Assembly: GCA_013239625.1 (NCBI GenBank)
Contig: MU053304.1
Span: forward strand, 2,666,001 to 2,730,000
Reading direction: 5' to 3'
Source of the DNA: Lama guanicoe
Taxonomy: Eukaryota
DNA: 64,000 nt
Positions 37,738 to 51,833 of the stretch are shown here, one piece after another. Below the pieces are notes generated by a model. The model did not search any database. It was not told the DNA's origin and saw only the letters and a program-made list of their open reading frames with translations. Both the position numbers and the translations under genes were made by a program. Numbering within the stretch: position 1 is the stretch's first letter; every line of letters begins with the position of its first letter.

Positions 37738-37856
37738 GTAGTGGGGAGGCTGTGAATGTGTGGAGGCAGGGGTGATAAATGGGAAATCCCTGTACCTTCT
37801 GCTCAATTTTTCTGCCAATCTGAAACTGTTTTAAAAAATAAAGTCTGTCCAAAAAA
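37738..37856 (+). mobile_element. L1MB-like 3' terminus
   Basis: ggggaggctgtgaatgtgtggaggcagggg...gggaaatccctgtaccttctgctcaatttt...aaaaaataaagtct. Confidence 0.85.
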
Positions 37857-38086
37857 TCCAATTAAGGGCATGGATGGTGGTTACAAGTAACAATACTTAC
37901 AATTTGTGGATCATGTTTTTTCCCTTCTTCTGAGAGTCTACTCAGGACTATGGACACTTTCTCTAGGCAGGGTAATGCACAAAAAGAAATTACACACAAA
38001 AGTTTACGTTCAGTCAGGGATTCATGGGTCCCCTGATGATTATGATACCTCCAGATTAAGAATTCCAAGACAATAAGTTTTAATGC

Positions 38087-38882
38087 ATTTATTTCACTCA
38101 ACAAATGTCTGTTGAGTATCTATGATATACCAGGAGCACTGTTTTAGGCTTAGGGGATTTACCTGTGAAGAAATGAAAAAAACTAGTCCTTAGGGAACTT
38201 ACAGTCTTGGGGTTAACAAATAAACATACAGAGATAAACATAGCAGTTAGGTAAATTGCCTAAGCATGATATTATAAAGTGTTCAGTGTCATGGAGTAAA
38301 GAAGGGGCCAGTAGGGGAGATGAAATCTCACACCTGAGGTCTAAGGGCTTTGTGGATATGACACTATTTTAAATAAAAGGCTCAGGGCAGGTGTCTCTGA
38401 GAAAGTGCCATTTGAGCAAACACTTATCAGAGGTAAGAGAGTTAGATCATGGGGTGTTGAGAAGAAGGATGTTTCAAGAAGAGAAACAGCCTATGACGAT
38501 GTACTAAGGTGGAGCCTGGCTGGTGAGTGTGAGGAACAGCATGGAGGTCGGTGTGGCCAGAGCAGAGTTGGTGAGAAGGAGAGAAGAAGGGGAGAGACTG
38601 GAAAGATGAAACCCCATGAGAGAGCTTCATCATGGCTTTGGCTTTTACTCTGGGTGAAACAGGGATCCATTAGAAGGTTTTGAACATAAGGATCACCTGA
38701 CTCTTAAAAGCAGTAATGAGGTAGTTGCATTGAACAATAAATATAGGGAAGAGAGTATGGCATGAGTGAAAGCAGGAGATCTAGCAGGCGAGTTGCTGAT
38801 GGCCCAGGGAGGGCAGTAGCAATAGAGGTGTTGAGAAGTTGTGAAATTCAACATTGTGCTGAAGGTGAGGCCAAAAGGATTT
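38087..38882 (-). mobile_element. L2a 3' region
   Basis: cactcaacaaatgtctgttgagtatctatgatataccagg...ggctttggcttttactctgggtgaaacagggatccattagaaggttttgaac. Confidence 0.9.
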
Positions 38883-38884
38883 CT

Positions 38885-39025
38885 TTTATTTTTTTTAAAT
38901 AGCAGGTTTATTGAGATATTATGCACAAACCATAGAGCTCATTCTTCTAAAGTGTACACTTCAGTGCCTTTTAGTATGTGCACACATTTATGCATCAGTC
39001 CTCACTAATTCCAGAACAATTCCAA
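38885..39025 (-). mobile_element. L1MB-like 3' fragment
   Basis: tttattgagatatt...taaagtgtacacttcagtg...ctaattccagaaca. Confidence 0.75.
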
Positions 39026-39522
39026 AAGACAAAATTTTTTCAACTTTTTCAGATATTATTTTTGACTTCCTTTGTTTTAAAATAATTTTTAAAAGTAAAA
39101 AAGAATTTAATATCAAAAAGGAAAGAGATGTCATTTTGTTTCATTATTCAATGCACCTGTGTTGAGAGGAATGTAAGCGGAAATGGTGTAATGACCAAAA
39201 ATATGACATAGGAATGACTACCTCAGTGTCAATTCAGCTCAATTTGTAGTTTACCTAGGTACCTAGGTGTGGAGCATAATTCACAGGACTCATTTAAAGT
39301 ACATGTGACATAGTTATGAAATGAGACAGAGGTGGCATACACTCAAAGCTTGGCCTAGAGACTTCCTTGGATCAGAAAAGAGACCACCTATGAGTGTGTC
39401 ACAACAGAACGCCTCATTTGCTATCATGTCTACCATCTAGAACAACAATATCATGTATACCACTTTAAAGCTATAGAAGATGAAAAGTATCACTGCCTTT
39501 AATGGATGTTGCACTTTGACAA

Positions 39523-40144
39523 TTTATATCCCAAGGGAATTCTAATTCATAAAGATACATGCACCCCAATGTTTATAATAGTAAAGATATGGAAGCAACC
39601 TAAATGTCTATTGACAGATGACTGGATAAAGATATGTATGCAATGGAATACTACTCAGTCATAAGCAATAATAAAACAATGTCATTCGTAGCAACATGGA
39701 TGGACTTAGATATCATCATTCTAAGTGAAGTAAGCCAGAAAGAGAAAGAAAAATATCATATGATATCACTCAGATGTGGAATCCAAAAAAAAAAAAAAGA
39801 AAAAGAAAAGAAAGAAAGGATGCTAATGAACTCACCTACAAAACAGAAGTGGACTTGCAGACATAGCAAACAATCTTATGGTTACCAGGGGAAAGAAGGT
39901 GGAAAGGGATAAATCTGGGAGTTTGAGATTTGCAAATGTTAGCCACTATACGTAAAAATAGATAAAAAACAAAAGAGTTTCTTCTGTATAGCACAAGGGA
40001 ACTATATTCAGTAACTTGTAATAACCTTTAATGGAAAATAATATAAAAATGAATATATGTATGCATATTCATGGCTGGGACATTGTGCTGTACACCAGAA
40101 ATTGACATATTATAACTGACTGTACTTCAGTAAAAAAAAAAAAA
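39523..40144 (+). mobile_element. Camelid/artiodactyl L1 ORF2 end, 3' UTR and poly(A)
   Basis: aaagatacatgcaccccaatgtt; MEYYSV...FVATWMDLDIIILSEVSQKEKEKYHMISL is the ORF2 C-terminus; tail merges into a microsatellite. Confidence 0.95.
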
Positions 40145-40192
40145 TATATATATATATATATACACATGTGTGTGTGTGTGTGTGTGTGTGTG
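40145..40192. repeat. (TA)9-CACA-(TG)13 compound microsatellite at the L1 tail
   Basis: Directly visible. Confidence 0.95.
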
Positions 40193-42869
40193 TATCCAAC
40201 ACTGATCTGATCACTATCCTATCCTAGACCCACTTTTTAATCTTCCTTAGTTTCAGTGGCTCCCTGACAAACTCCATGTTGGATCTGAGCTGACGTCTGA
40301 CCCAGGCTTGCAGAAGCCCAGGGCGCAGCCTGTTGCGCAGAGCACCATGAAAACTTCACCCAACTGGTGCAGGTTTTGTTGTGATGTTAGTAGCACTAAG
40401 TAAAGAACAACTGGGCAAAAACACCACTAATTTTAGAATTCTCAGTATATTTAAGAAAATGAATGTTGGAGTTTTCCTGGACAAAGACTGCATGAAAGTT
40501 CATTACGAAATTATTAGTATTTGAAAAGCCATATTGAAGAAGGCAGGAAGTATATCTGTGGTAATAAGCGACAGAACTCCAATAAAATCCCCGTTATTTA
40601 AACCCAAATTTCATCCACAGCAATATGTATCTCAGAAGGAAAACAATCTCAAAATTAATCATTTATAGAATCTTTCATCTCATCACAAATGGACTGAACA
40701 TCAAAATGCAATAAATAGTAATCAGCCTTTTTTCAAGGCATATATTAAAAATATAATAAAAAGAAATCACATCTTTGGCAGAATTTCAGTTAGGAACAGC
40801 TGAGAAACTCAACTGTAGGAGATTATTTCAGCTGAAACTAGTGAATTCTTTATAAAGACCTGGATGTTATTTATCAAACACTCTGGATAACTACTGAGAT
40901 CCAAAATTATGTTAAAAACAAAACTTAAGAGGTCCATGACCATAAACTTCTGATTTTATCCAGTTCCCAATGATTAAAATCATAATTATTTTCTACTTTT
41001 GAACAAAATGTTGGTGAAGTTCCCTGTGTCTCCATTAGTAGTAGACAATGGCAAAGAAACTAGAGTTAATTACTTGTGGTTAATTATCAGTAGAACTGCT
41101 TTCTCTATCCAACACCAGTTTTTATGGATGTCATTTGTAGGTATTGAGTAAGAGAAAGACAAGTAAATGAAGGGGAAGAAAGAAGAAGAAAAATTAAAAG
41201 GGAAAATGGATAAACATAAATGTAAAAAAAAGAAACAATGAGTGAAAAACAAAATGAGAGGACAAGAATTTAGAGAAAGAAATGTTAAAAGTGAGCAGGT
41301 TTAGGGAGATCCCACAATTATGCCCAAGAGTTATTCAGTGCCTTTATTATATATTTTATTACATCTACTTCTTACAATATAGCTGGATTTCATTGGAATT
41401 GTGATTATATGTGCAGCACTATAGGATAACAACAAGATATATCCCAGACTGGAATTAGGTAACTGTCTGTGAAAAAAACTGTCCGATATAATGGGGTATA
41501 AGGAACCCAGTCACCTAAATGTAGAAGTGACTCACACTTAAGTAATAATGAATAAGAACATGCCCAAGAATCAAGGTAAACTATCTTTATTCTAACTGTG
41601 TTGATGTAGAAGAAAGACTGGAGTACAAATGGTAACAATAAATTCTTGCCCTTTTCGTTTTACTCTGTGTTAAGAAAGATGGTATTAGAAAAAAAAAAAA
41701 GAGGGGTATCAAGTTGGAGGCTTAAAAGAGGGAGCCCTAGAATGTTTTTGCCTCTAATCTGCACACGGCTAGGCAAAGGATAATCTGCAGGGAGGCTCCA
41801 AAGCCATGTCTGTTAGGTAGACATACTGCCTTGGTGACAATGCTGTAAGAGGCTATGACAGCAGAATGGCACAATTTATTAACACTCTGCATTCACCAAC
41901 AACCTCATCATTGCTAAATGATATCTCATACAGGTTAATCTCCAAGGAGAGATTATGTTGACTGGCAGACTAGAAGGTGTGGTCTCTTTGACACTCTATT
42001 TTTCTGTACAAATTACTAAATTGTCTTTGTGGGTTCTGTATTAATCTATTATAACATTGATTAGAGAACCTAAATTACTCTGAATACCTGAGAAAATCAA
42101 GCTTCTAAAACCACAAATACGAAGACTCGTCCCATGAGCATGGTGACCACAACTATATACTACCATCTCTGCAGTGCTCCGTGGTGGCCAACAAACCTTC
42201 CTAAGGAAACAGCAGATCATTCCATTGCAACCACAATGTCTAAGTTCCATGCGTCTTTTTTGAAGTCTACCCAAAGCTTCATCTGAAAACTATGAAAAAT
42301 GTTACCACATCTCTGAGTAATGAAACTACAAATAAAGATGGATCACTTACATAAAGTACGTATTTGAGAGGAGGAAGATGTGGAAAGCTTCTCATTTGTC
42401 CTTATGCAACTACAGCAAACAGAAAACAAGCCATTGGGAAATACTTTCCCTTTCTTCTTAATCTCCTTTAGTTTATATGACTTAGGAGAGGCCCATAAAA
42501 TCACAATCTCCGTTTCTAAAATGTTCCATCTGTTCCTGCCTCTTATTCCCTGGCTTGAAGACTAAATCCTTTTGCCTCCCAATTATCCTCAGTATCCAAG
42601 TGCAATGATGGCAAAGGAAGTGGTGGAAGAGAGGATGTAGAGCTAAGAAATTTTAATTGAGTTTTCATCAAAGTACATCTAGTAAGAAATAGACACAGAG
42701 AGAGGTGCAGAAAATCTAGATAATATCAGTGGGGTTTCATAATTTTCCAGTTTCATTTGCGTATATTGACTTCCAGATGAATGTGTTCCTTTGTACAATG
42801 GTTTTCTCCTACATACGGACATCTACGTATATTGAGCAAGATAAATTAAGAGGGAGGGGGCCTAACAAA

Positions 42870-43330
42870 TATGGGGGATCCACTCTGTGTCAGGAATGAT
42901 ATTACATAATTTAATTTAATCTTCCCCACAAGCACTCTCAGTTTAAGCATGAGGGAGATAAGTCTTAGGGATTCCAAGTCAAATGGCCAAGATTACATGA
43001 ACCAGACAAGTAGTAGGGTTGGGAATTAGAACAGAAACTCTCTGATTTTGTGACCCATCTCTACCGCCCTGCCCTGACTAATGAGCGGAAAATTTCTGCA
43101 GTAGTAAGAAGCTCAGGGCTCCGTAATTAGACACATTTGAGTATGAATATCAGACCTGCCATTTCTCTAAGTGTGGTTTTAGGCCAGTCACCTTTCTGAA
43201 TCTGTTTCCTCTTCTGTAAAATTTATATAATAATGACACCTGTCATAGAGATTGATTGTGATGATTGCGATGTAAGGTATTTCAACTGTTTAGCATATTA
43301 GTTACATACGTAACAATATAAGCCATTCAT
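42870..43330. mobile_element. Two MIR SINEs in opposite orientation
   Basis: Minus copy ~42870-43070 (tttaatcttcccc...gccaagattacatg...gggaattagaac); plus copy ~43100-43330 (ctgaatctgtttcctcttctgtaaaat). Confidence 0.65.
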
Positions 43331-43668
43331 TCAGAAATATCATTAAACAAAGAAACCTACAGTAGAATCTTGTTAGGGGGCCCCATAGCACTGAAACTCT
43401 GAATGTTAAATTTTATAATCAATGCTAATTTGTTGAGACCAGAATTATATCCAAGATACTTTGGAGGGAAAACATTTCTATGGGCCAGAGGCAGGAATGT
43501 TATACTACTTTCTCAGTTTCTCTACTTGTGGATGGTGTAGCTCTTCACTGGAATATCACCCATGAAAAGGGAATAAAGGATAGAAGCAGGGCCATGAAAT
43601 CAACCCAACTGTCCCAAACCCCTTCTCTAGTGTTGCTTTGTCTTTAAGTCCCAGTTATACTTGAAATA

Positions 43669-43850
43669 CAGTCGTCCTTCAGTGTCTATGCAGGAATGGT
43701 TCCAGGAGACCCCACAGGAAGCAAAATCCAGAGATGCTCAAGCCCCTTATGTAAAATGGTGCAGTACAATGAATATAGTTGGACCCTCCACATCCCCAGG
43801 TTCCACATCTGCAGATTCAACCACGGTCCAGAGATATAGAAGGCCATCTG
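43669..43850 (+). mobile_element. Short MER2-related TcMar-Tigger element
   Basis: ta|cagtcgtccttcagtgtc...ggttccagga...aaaatccagagatgctcaagccccttatgtaaaatgg...gatatagaaggccatctg with imperfect TIRs. Confidence 0.85.
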
Positions 43851-46239
43851 TGTATGTTTCTTTGAAACTAAAGGACATTGTGCCTTACCTATTACATGTT
43901 TCATTTATAATTTGTCATAAACATTTTATATTTCTAAATATCTAAAATGCTTATAGGTTAACAAAAACTCTTGAATTTTATGTGTTTATTTTAAATATAT
44001 ATATATTTGCCTAAATGGTTTAAATCCACTTTTTAAAAAATCAATATACTTTAACCATTTAAGTTGTATAGAATAATTGATATCCCCAGCCGTAGGCTGC
44101 GTCAGCCATACCTCCCCTAGTATATTGAGCTATCCGATGGATGGCATTTTCCTCATTGTTTTTTAACTTTTTCCTTAAATTTCCTTTCTCTAGCACTAGT
44201 CCGCTCAAATACAATTACGTCTTTCAAAAGGTTAGATTTTGTGCAAGGATGGTGCCCAAAAGTGTTCATGGGATAAATATGTAGATAATTTACTGTAGGA
44301 ATCACGTATTACATGCTTGTAAACAGATAAGAAAAGAAGGCACTATAAGAATTCTAAGGATCAAACTATTAAATTGATACAAAACAGAGGACATCATGTT
44401 ATTTCAAAACATAAAGTTAAAATGTTTCCTTGGGCCAGAGGGAGAAATGTCAGACTATTCTCATAATCGTAATAGAAAAAGAAAACAGTTTACCTGGGGG
44501 GGGGAGGGTATCCTAACTCAATCAGTGATGTACGTGTGTATATGTGTATAATATTGTAATTCAGTACAGAGTGGTCATCAGTGGACCATAGAACAGAGCA
44601 GAGTGGAAACTATCCAAGGATGAGGAATTCTTCAACAAACACCAGACTGTGGCCAGGAATCACACACTAGGAGATGATGGATTTGAATCATTCAGCTCCT
44701 TTCCCAGATTCCACGCTCGCCAAGCAAACTTCTACCTTTGGAGGTTTTTTTTTTTTTTTTTTTTTTATGAGAGGATGCTTTTATTTCTCACAGACATTCC
44801 AAGGACATCCTGTTTTTATACCTCAATCTCCTGTGGAATTATTTAATGCCAGTCAATCTCCCTGGAGCAGATCAACTCTAAGGCTTTAGCAGAATTTACT
44901 TCTTGAAGCTGTTAAACTGAGAAGACCTAAGACCACAGAAAAGGCAATTAAGTGGTAACATCTTGTGAAACTTCTAGGTCAACAGCAAGTTATTCAACTT
45001 TTCTACTCCAAATCTCCCGTATTTTCTGCAAGCAGAAATAGAGGAAATCTGTCTGCCTCCTTATAAAAGGCCCAGGGAAGAAGAGGGAGAGAACTTTCTT
45101 ATTTACAATGTTGATCATCTGTAATTATTATAAATAACAGCTTCAGGTAGTGCAGTCTAACAAAAGCAGTGTGGGCTGTGAGCTCAGTTCTCCTCTCCAA
45201 TACTCCCTAGCTGTGTGGCTGCAGGAAAGCTACTCAAACTCTAAATCAATTTCCTGGAATGTAAACTAGAGATGCTAACACCTGTTTGTCAGTACGAGAC
45301 AGCTAGAGCAAGATGCTGGTGAGCTCTGGATAGAGGGAAATAAAAATACCTTCTGAAAGATAAAATGAAAGATTGACCTAGAAGAGATCGTAACAAATTG
45401 TAGCAAAAAATAAAAACAAAGCAACAAAATGGCTCCAGTGTTGAGGTATTTGACTGTAACACTTACCTATAGAATAATGTATCAGTCAAAACTGGGGGCG
45501 AGTGTTCTAAAAACATCACAAAAGGTAAAAGTTGGAAATGCCCATCCAATATCTGACAGGAAATTTTACACCTATTATGAGAAACATGCATTAAATCATC
45601 TTAATCCAAGACCATGAAGTTATATTATTTTTTTTAATTTTGATTGGATCCTCTCCAATCAATTTGATGATTAAAATTTGGCATCTCTGAAATTCTGCCT
45701 ACAGAGTGGGAAACAGCTGCTCATAAAGACTGTCGCCTTTCCCTCTAATTTTGATGGTGTTGAGTATTATTGTTCCTACAATAATTTCTCTCATCATTAG
45801 TCTAAAAGTCAATGCGTATCTGTTTAGTATCCATTATGTGACTATAAATCCATGACAAGTACTAGCAAAAGAGCAGCAAAGAAACACACAGAATCTCAGA
45901 CCTCAAACAGCAAACCAGAGAAATTTCACTGCACATTAATCCGTTGCCATTCTATTTCAAACATCATTTTCCTGAGCTTGTCCAATGCAAGTTGATTTTG
46001 TGTTATAAGGTCATTTCTAGTGTCTCACCAAATCAGGCTATTGAAACCGAAAAACTGAAAGCCAGGTGTTCAACTTAGGTAAATTTGCCAAAAAGTTAAT
46101 TGCTTTTATTTTGCTTTACTTAGAAAAATTCTAAATATTAACTGTGGTAGTCTTAATATCACAGTTTACTGATTGGAGTATCTAATTTGTTTTCTAAGAT
46201 ATCTACATAAATGTGTGAAGATGGAAGATGACTTATTTG

Positions 46240-46500
46240 ATACCTTGGTATGGTGCCAACTGTCTAATAGATGCTCAGTAACTGGTAACAATAGTAATAT
46301 TGACAATAATAGCAACAATAACTAACACCAACCTGTATCAATCCATTCAACAATAGTAACTTTGTTTTAGGGTGAGTTAACTGAGACACAAAACAATAAG
46401 TAATTTTCCCAATGCCAGACTGTTAGTAATTACACACTGGACGTAAGGTTTGAACTCAAGCAGTCTCACTACAGGTCCTGTGCTTTTAACACACTATATA
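46240..46500 (-). mobile_element. MIR SINE fragments
   Basis: aactgagacac...aagtaattttcccaatgcc...tttgaactcaagcagtct...gtgcttttaac. Confidence 0.7.
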
Positions 46501-47709
46501 ATTATTCTAATTTTATTATTATGTTTTTATTGTTGTCATTGGTATTGACACTATTTAAAGTTCCTTAATCTTCAATCCAACATTCCTAAAATTAATTAAA
46601 GTAAAATTCAGTTGATCTGTTTTGGTTATTCATGGAGAAGGGATTATTTCAGCTTGGTTTCAGGAATTTGGAATCATAATTCCTAGTGGGCTCACACTGA
46701 AAAAGGGTCATGATACGGATTTTTTAGAATCCAGAAGGATAATGAACTAACTGACTAATACACTTTTCCCCAAGCAGAAATTTCTACCAAATGGGAAGAC
46801 TAAATATTTAATGCGATATAATCCTAATAACATTTCTAAAGAATTATCTTTAAATGTAGAAAGTAAATAAAGCTAATTTGGGAAGATAAGCATGCAAATA
46901 TGTCCTGGAATATTCTGCAAAAAGGATAAGAAAGAAGATACACTCTTTCAGAGATGAGTATATTTTAAGTATACATAAAATAAGATTTTAGTTATAAAAT
47001 AGTATAGAAAATCTTCAAATCCATTTAAAATTATGTGGGAATTTAACTTATATTAATATATGTTAATATTAAATTGTTGACATTAAAAATACATGTGAAA
47101 GAATAAATAATTTATATAGTGGCTCTGAGATGACTGGCTAGCCATTTCTATAAAATATAAAAAAAATAAAGTTTGTATTTCTATATTAATCCATGAAAAT
47201 AATTCCACATTAGAGTAGACAGTGGCTGACAAATGCTTTTGCCAACAACAGTAAGAAAATACAGATAAAATACATATAACATCTATTTGAAGTCATTGGA
47301 AAGCTGATGAAGTAACTAAGACTTAAGCAGCCAAACTCCATGAGAAAAGAAAACAGGAGAGGGTGAACTGACATTCTGCAAGCTGCCTTTTTACAACAAT
47401 ATTTTGAAGGTCCTTGGATAGGGCAAGAAACTGAGAAACAAAGCAGAAAGCCATGACTACAGGGTGGAAAAGAAAGAAAAGCTTTTGAAAATCCCAAGGA
47501 CATCAAGAGCGTAAACATGGTACTTGAAGCTTTTTGTCTGGTCAGACTGGGGAAACAAATCCTAGAAGGATGGGAGAAATGGGGAGGGGAGTGCAACACT
47601 GTGCTTTTCAGCTAAATTATTAAATTGAGCAGGAGGAGAAATTGGGAATATAAGCAAAAACTGCTAGACTTAAAAACAGATTTTGGAGTGGTATGGTCTC
47701 AGAAGACAA

Positions 47710-47752
47710 AAAATAAAATAAAATAAAATAAAATAAAATAAAATAAAATAAA
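47710..47752. repeat. (AAAAT)n microsatellite
   Basis: Directly visible. Confidence 0.95.
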
Positions 47753-47948
47753 GATCCACCAAAACGTGTCCCTAATAAAAATTCTGTCTCAGCTAGACCT
47801 CATGGTTCACTCTTGGCAAATAGGATGAACCAGATGTACAGTAAAATAAAATAAGGATCCACCAAAACGTGTCCCTAATAAAAATTCTGTCTCAGCTAGA
47901 CCTCATGGTTCACTCTTGGCAAATAGGATGAACCAGATGTACAGTAAA
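47739..47948 (+). repeat. 103-bp head-to-tail tandem duplication
   Basis: 47739-47841 matches 47842-47944 with one mismatch; TAAA microhomology at the junction. Confidence 0.97.
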
Positions 47949-50579
47949 GCTTACTGAAAACCTGCAACCTAGCCTCAAGGCAGATGCATTCTTGATTGCA
48001 TTTAAGGTGTCTTGCTTGTGCTCAAACTGCCTGCCAGAGGATAGGATAAACCTTTCCTGGGGAAAAAAAGTTATCCAGAGCCTCTTCAATTTTTATAAAT
48101 GAAAAAAAAAATCACAAGGCAGCCCAAGAAATAGAACAACTCCCCAGAAAAACTCAACCAGACAATACCACAGTTGACTTCTTTGGAATTACCAGATGCT
48201 GACTTTAAACATAATATAATTAACATATTCAATAAATAGATTAAAAGATACAGAATATCATTAAAAAGCTGTACTTTTTAAATAACCAGATAGAAATTCT
48301 AAATCTAAAACACTGTAATAATTGAAATTAGGAACCCGATAGTCTTAACACAGGTTACATTTAACAGAGATGAAGACCAGTAAAGTGGAAGAAAGATTAA
48401 TAGAAAATATCTATGTTAATAGATAGAGAGGAAAACAGATTGGAAAATACAGAGAACAACAAAAAGTCTAGATAAAGAGTTCTAACATATGCGTAATAAG
48501 TTTCCCAAAAGAGATGAGAGAGAACAGAGTACAAGAGTATTGGAAGAGCTAATGGCTAAAAATATCCCTCAACTGATAAAAATGCACACAAACACACAAA
48601 ATTAGGTTATCATAGTAAAATTACTGAAAATAAAACAGAGAGAGATCTAAAAAGCTGCTGGGGTTGGGCTGGGGATGGGGGAAAGATACTTTCTCTGAGG
48701 AGCAAATGTCAGACTGTAAGAACTGTGGGTGCCAGAAGACAACGGAATGACAACCTGGCAGTGGTAATGAGGGTAGTGACCAGGAAGAGACACAAAGGAA
48801 GCGCCAGGATTGCTGGTCAAGTTCTGTATCTTCGCCTAGGTGGTGTATACATGGGGACGTACACTTTGTAACACTTCCTCTAGCTGCAGGCTTATGAATA
48901 GTAAACTTTTGTATCTACATGGTACGCTTCAATAAAAAATTACCAAAACCTCAGGAAAAAATATATAAATCAATATTTAGTGACATAGAGTGATTCCCAC
49001 ACTAGCTTGTCAAGGCATGTTTTAAAACAGCACGTAGAATATGATCCTACTTTTAATTTTAAAAATTAATGTTTATAGATTTTATATAAATATAAGTGCA
49101 TGAAGAAATGCCTAAGCATATGTTCACCAAAACGTTATCTCTGGGTGGTAAATACAGTGGTGATTTTACTTTCTTAGGCTACTTTTCGGTATTGTTTGAA
49201 TTACATTTTTTTACTGAGTATGATCTATTTTTCATAACAAATGAGAAGGCTGTTTTCATTTTGTAAAATAAAGAAATAAACATTCCAAATTTGAAATTTT
49301 CCCCGTGTTAAACATGTAAATGGGTTAGTGCCAATGGCAAATAGAAGATTTTCTAGTCTAAACTGAAACTCCAGGAAATTTGAAAAATCAGTTTCCCCTA
49401 CACCTTCACATAAGAATTTTATAATTTTTATTTTTTTCTGTATTTTTCATTTTATGGTACTAATTTAGGGGGTTTAATAAAGTATGGTTCTGAGTATAAG
49501 GTGTTTTTATTTAGAGCAAATTCTGCTGTTTATCAGATCTCCTCAAGGATCTTATGCGCTGTATATTATAAAGCTAAAAACTTACTGCTGCAATTCATCT
49601 GAAATGAACACTGATGGAACAGTGTATTTTATTAAAAATCAAATTTAAAATAATTAAATATACATTATAATTACACATATAATAATTGGCTCATATATAT
49701 GTACCTTATCTGTTGAAATGTTCATATTTTATCATAATGTTTATCTAACTATAAAATTGCCATGGCAGGAACTATACTTAGCTAAGCTTTGTATGTAAGC
49801 TTTGTAAGCTTTCTAACATCAGGCCAGGCATACAGAAGTTACTCAAGGAGACTTTTGCTTGATTTGAATTTTGTGTAATTGTGATTTTTTTATACTAATC
49901 AAAATAATATGTAAATATGCTTTTAAAATAATTAAAACTTAGAGACATAAGAAAAACTGATAGCCCATATTTTGTCTCTTATCTGCTTCCTAGACACAAA
50001 AATCTTGTTTTATTCTTGTAATTACAGTGTTCTAAATAATTTGCTTATATATCTTATTTGAGTGTTTATCTTCTCGAGACATTTCCCAGTCAATGTCTGT
50101 ATGATAGGCAAAAATGCTGAGCCTATTTTTACCACTCCTTACATGAGTCTTCGCAGTTACCCTTCTTAGCCTCTCTTCTACTGCAGCAAAAAACTAAATC
50201 TCCATTTATTTTCCATCAATAAATCATCATAGGCAATATCTCTATTCAATGCTCTTGCCTCCACCTTTCTGTAACACCCCTCCCCTCCCTTCCTACCTCC
50301 CATATTCTAATTTTGCCGATACATTATTTTTCTGTAAGATGATTTTAAATTTGAAAAAAAAATAGTCCTTATTATTTTAAATGTCACTTTAAAGCTCAGT
50401 AGAGTGTGAGAAATGCATTTATTTCCTCCTGAACTCAATTTCACAAATCTCATCTCACTCGAAAGAGAGTCTTCTTGCAGTCAGCTTCAAATGAATTTAC
50501 CTTTTTTGTCTCATTATAAACTTGCGTTTTCTCAATGTTCCAATACTTCTATTTATTCTCTTCATTTTCCTGAGAATGC

Positions 50580-50945
50580 CGTCTGGCGCTCAGCACGACC
50601 CTGATCCACTAGATCCGTTCTTGTCCTGCAGAGGCTGGATGTCTGGAAACGATATCTTTATTAAACTTCCATCCAGCAGTCTTCTGGTGTAGATTACATG
50701 ACAAAGTAATGTGGCTTTTTGGCATTCTCTTGAGGTACCTGCTTCAGTACTGTAGGCAGCTGAGATGATCAGCAGCAGTTTATTGTGATCCCTGAAACAT
50801 GCTGATTTCCTAAGACTTTTGACAGTTATCCCAGAAGTATTGCTTCTCTAGCCCATCCAGTGGGTTTTAGAAGCATCTCCCATGTTCATTTCTATTGTGC
50901 CACAAATACTTAGGTTAGTTTCTCTTTTCTTAACTGGTGCCCAAA
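50580..50945 (+). mobile_element. ERVL LTR (LTR33-like), decayed
   Basis: gcagaggctggatgtctggaaac...; 3' aatacttaggttagtttctcttttcttaactgg. Confidence 0.5.
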
Positions 50946-51833
50946 GGAGATATCCTTCAAACTCCTGCTCTAATCTGGATAGTTTTTCTTTTTGTCATTG
51001 AAACCCACTTTACATTTCTTTAATGCATTGACATCCCTTCATAAATCACCTAGATTAGACCCATTGTTCCTTGGATATATGTCTTGGTATTCCAACTTAT
51101 ATCTACGTGTTTCTTCCTGGTTAAATATGTAAGGAAAACTAATTCGGTACAATGAGACTGTAGTCATGTATTACTTGTTTAGGTTAAAAAATGTTTTTGT
51201 TAATAAAGTACATTCCATACAGTCTCATTTAATCCTCACAATCATTTTGCAAACGTAAGAACTGAAACACAAAGGCATTATGAATTACATTCATAAATCC
51301 TTTTATTCAAAAGTGTGTTATTTGTACCATAGAGTACATGTCTCTAAGCATAAATTAAAAGATGAAGAAATAGGTCTTCCTTTCCTTAGACCTACAAGTT
51401 ATCTTATGATTCCCACAACTAATATCATAAAATTGCCTGAAATGAAAAAGTTGGGTCAAAATGTTCAATGGTAGATATTAACAAGTTTATTTACAAATAA
51501 ATGGAAAGTATTAAGTCATAATGACAATAGTAATATCTCTAAATTATTTGAAAATTATAGGCCAATTATGAAATATGAAATTTTATTTTTCTATATATCA
51601 ATCGTTATATAATGAAATACCATATGTAACATTAGCAATGGAGAAGAAAACAACATACATTCACAAACATACACCAAGAAGTGAAGTCGGACAATTTCCA
51701 CTCAAGCTGTCCATGAAAGACTGATTCTTCCAGCTCACATATTTTCTAGTAACATCTGATTACCTAAAAAATCACCATGCGTGCAGTCAAGATAGAATTT
51801 ATTGTTCCTACCTTATTATCATCCTAATTAGTT

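Larger units (their letters stand above)
46760..49270 (+). mobile_element. Cluster of old L1M/L1ME fragments (ORF2, 5'/ORF1 and two 3' ends)
   Basis: ORF1-like tagaaattctaaatctaaaacactgtaataattgaaatt; 3' end ggattgctggtcaagttctgtatctt...cttcaataaaaaa (48.8-48.94 kb). Confidence 0.7.

Noticed and set aside
40335..40356. REST/RE1-like cagagcaccatgaaaac
   Set aside because: The right half-site GGACAG is missing
44496..44512. G-run followed by agggtat, resembling a SINE head
   Set aside because: No A box, B box or tail follows
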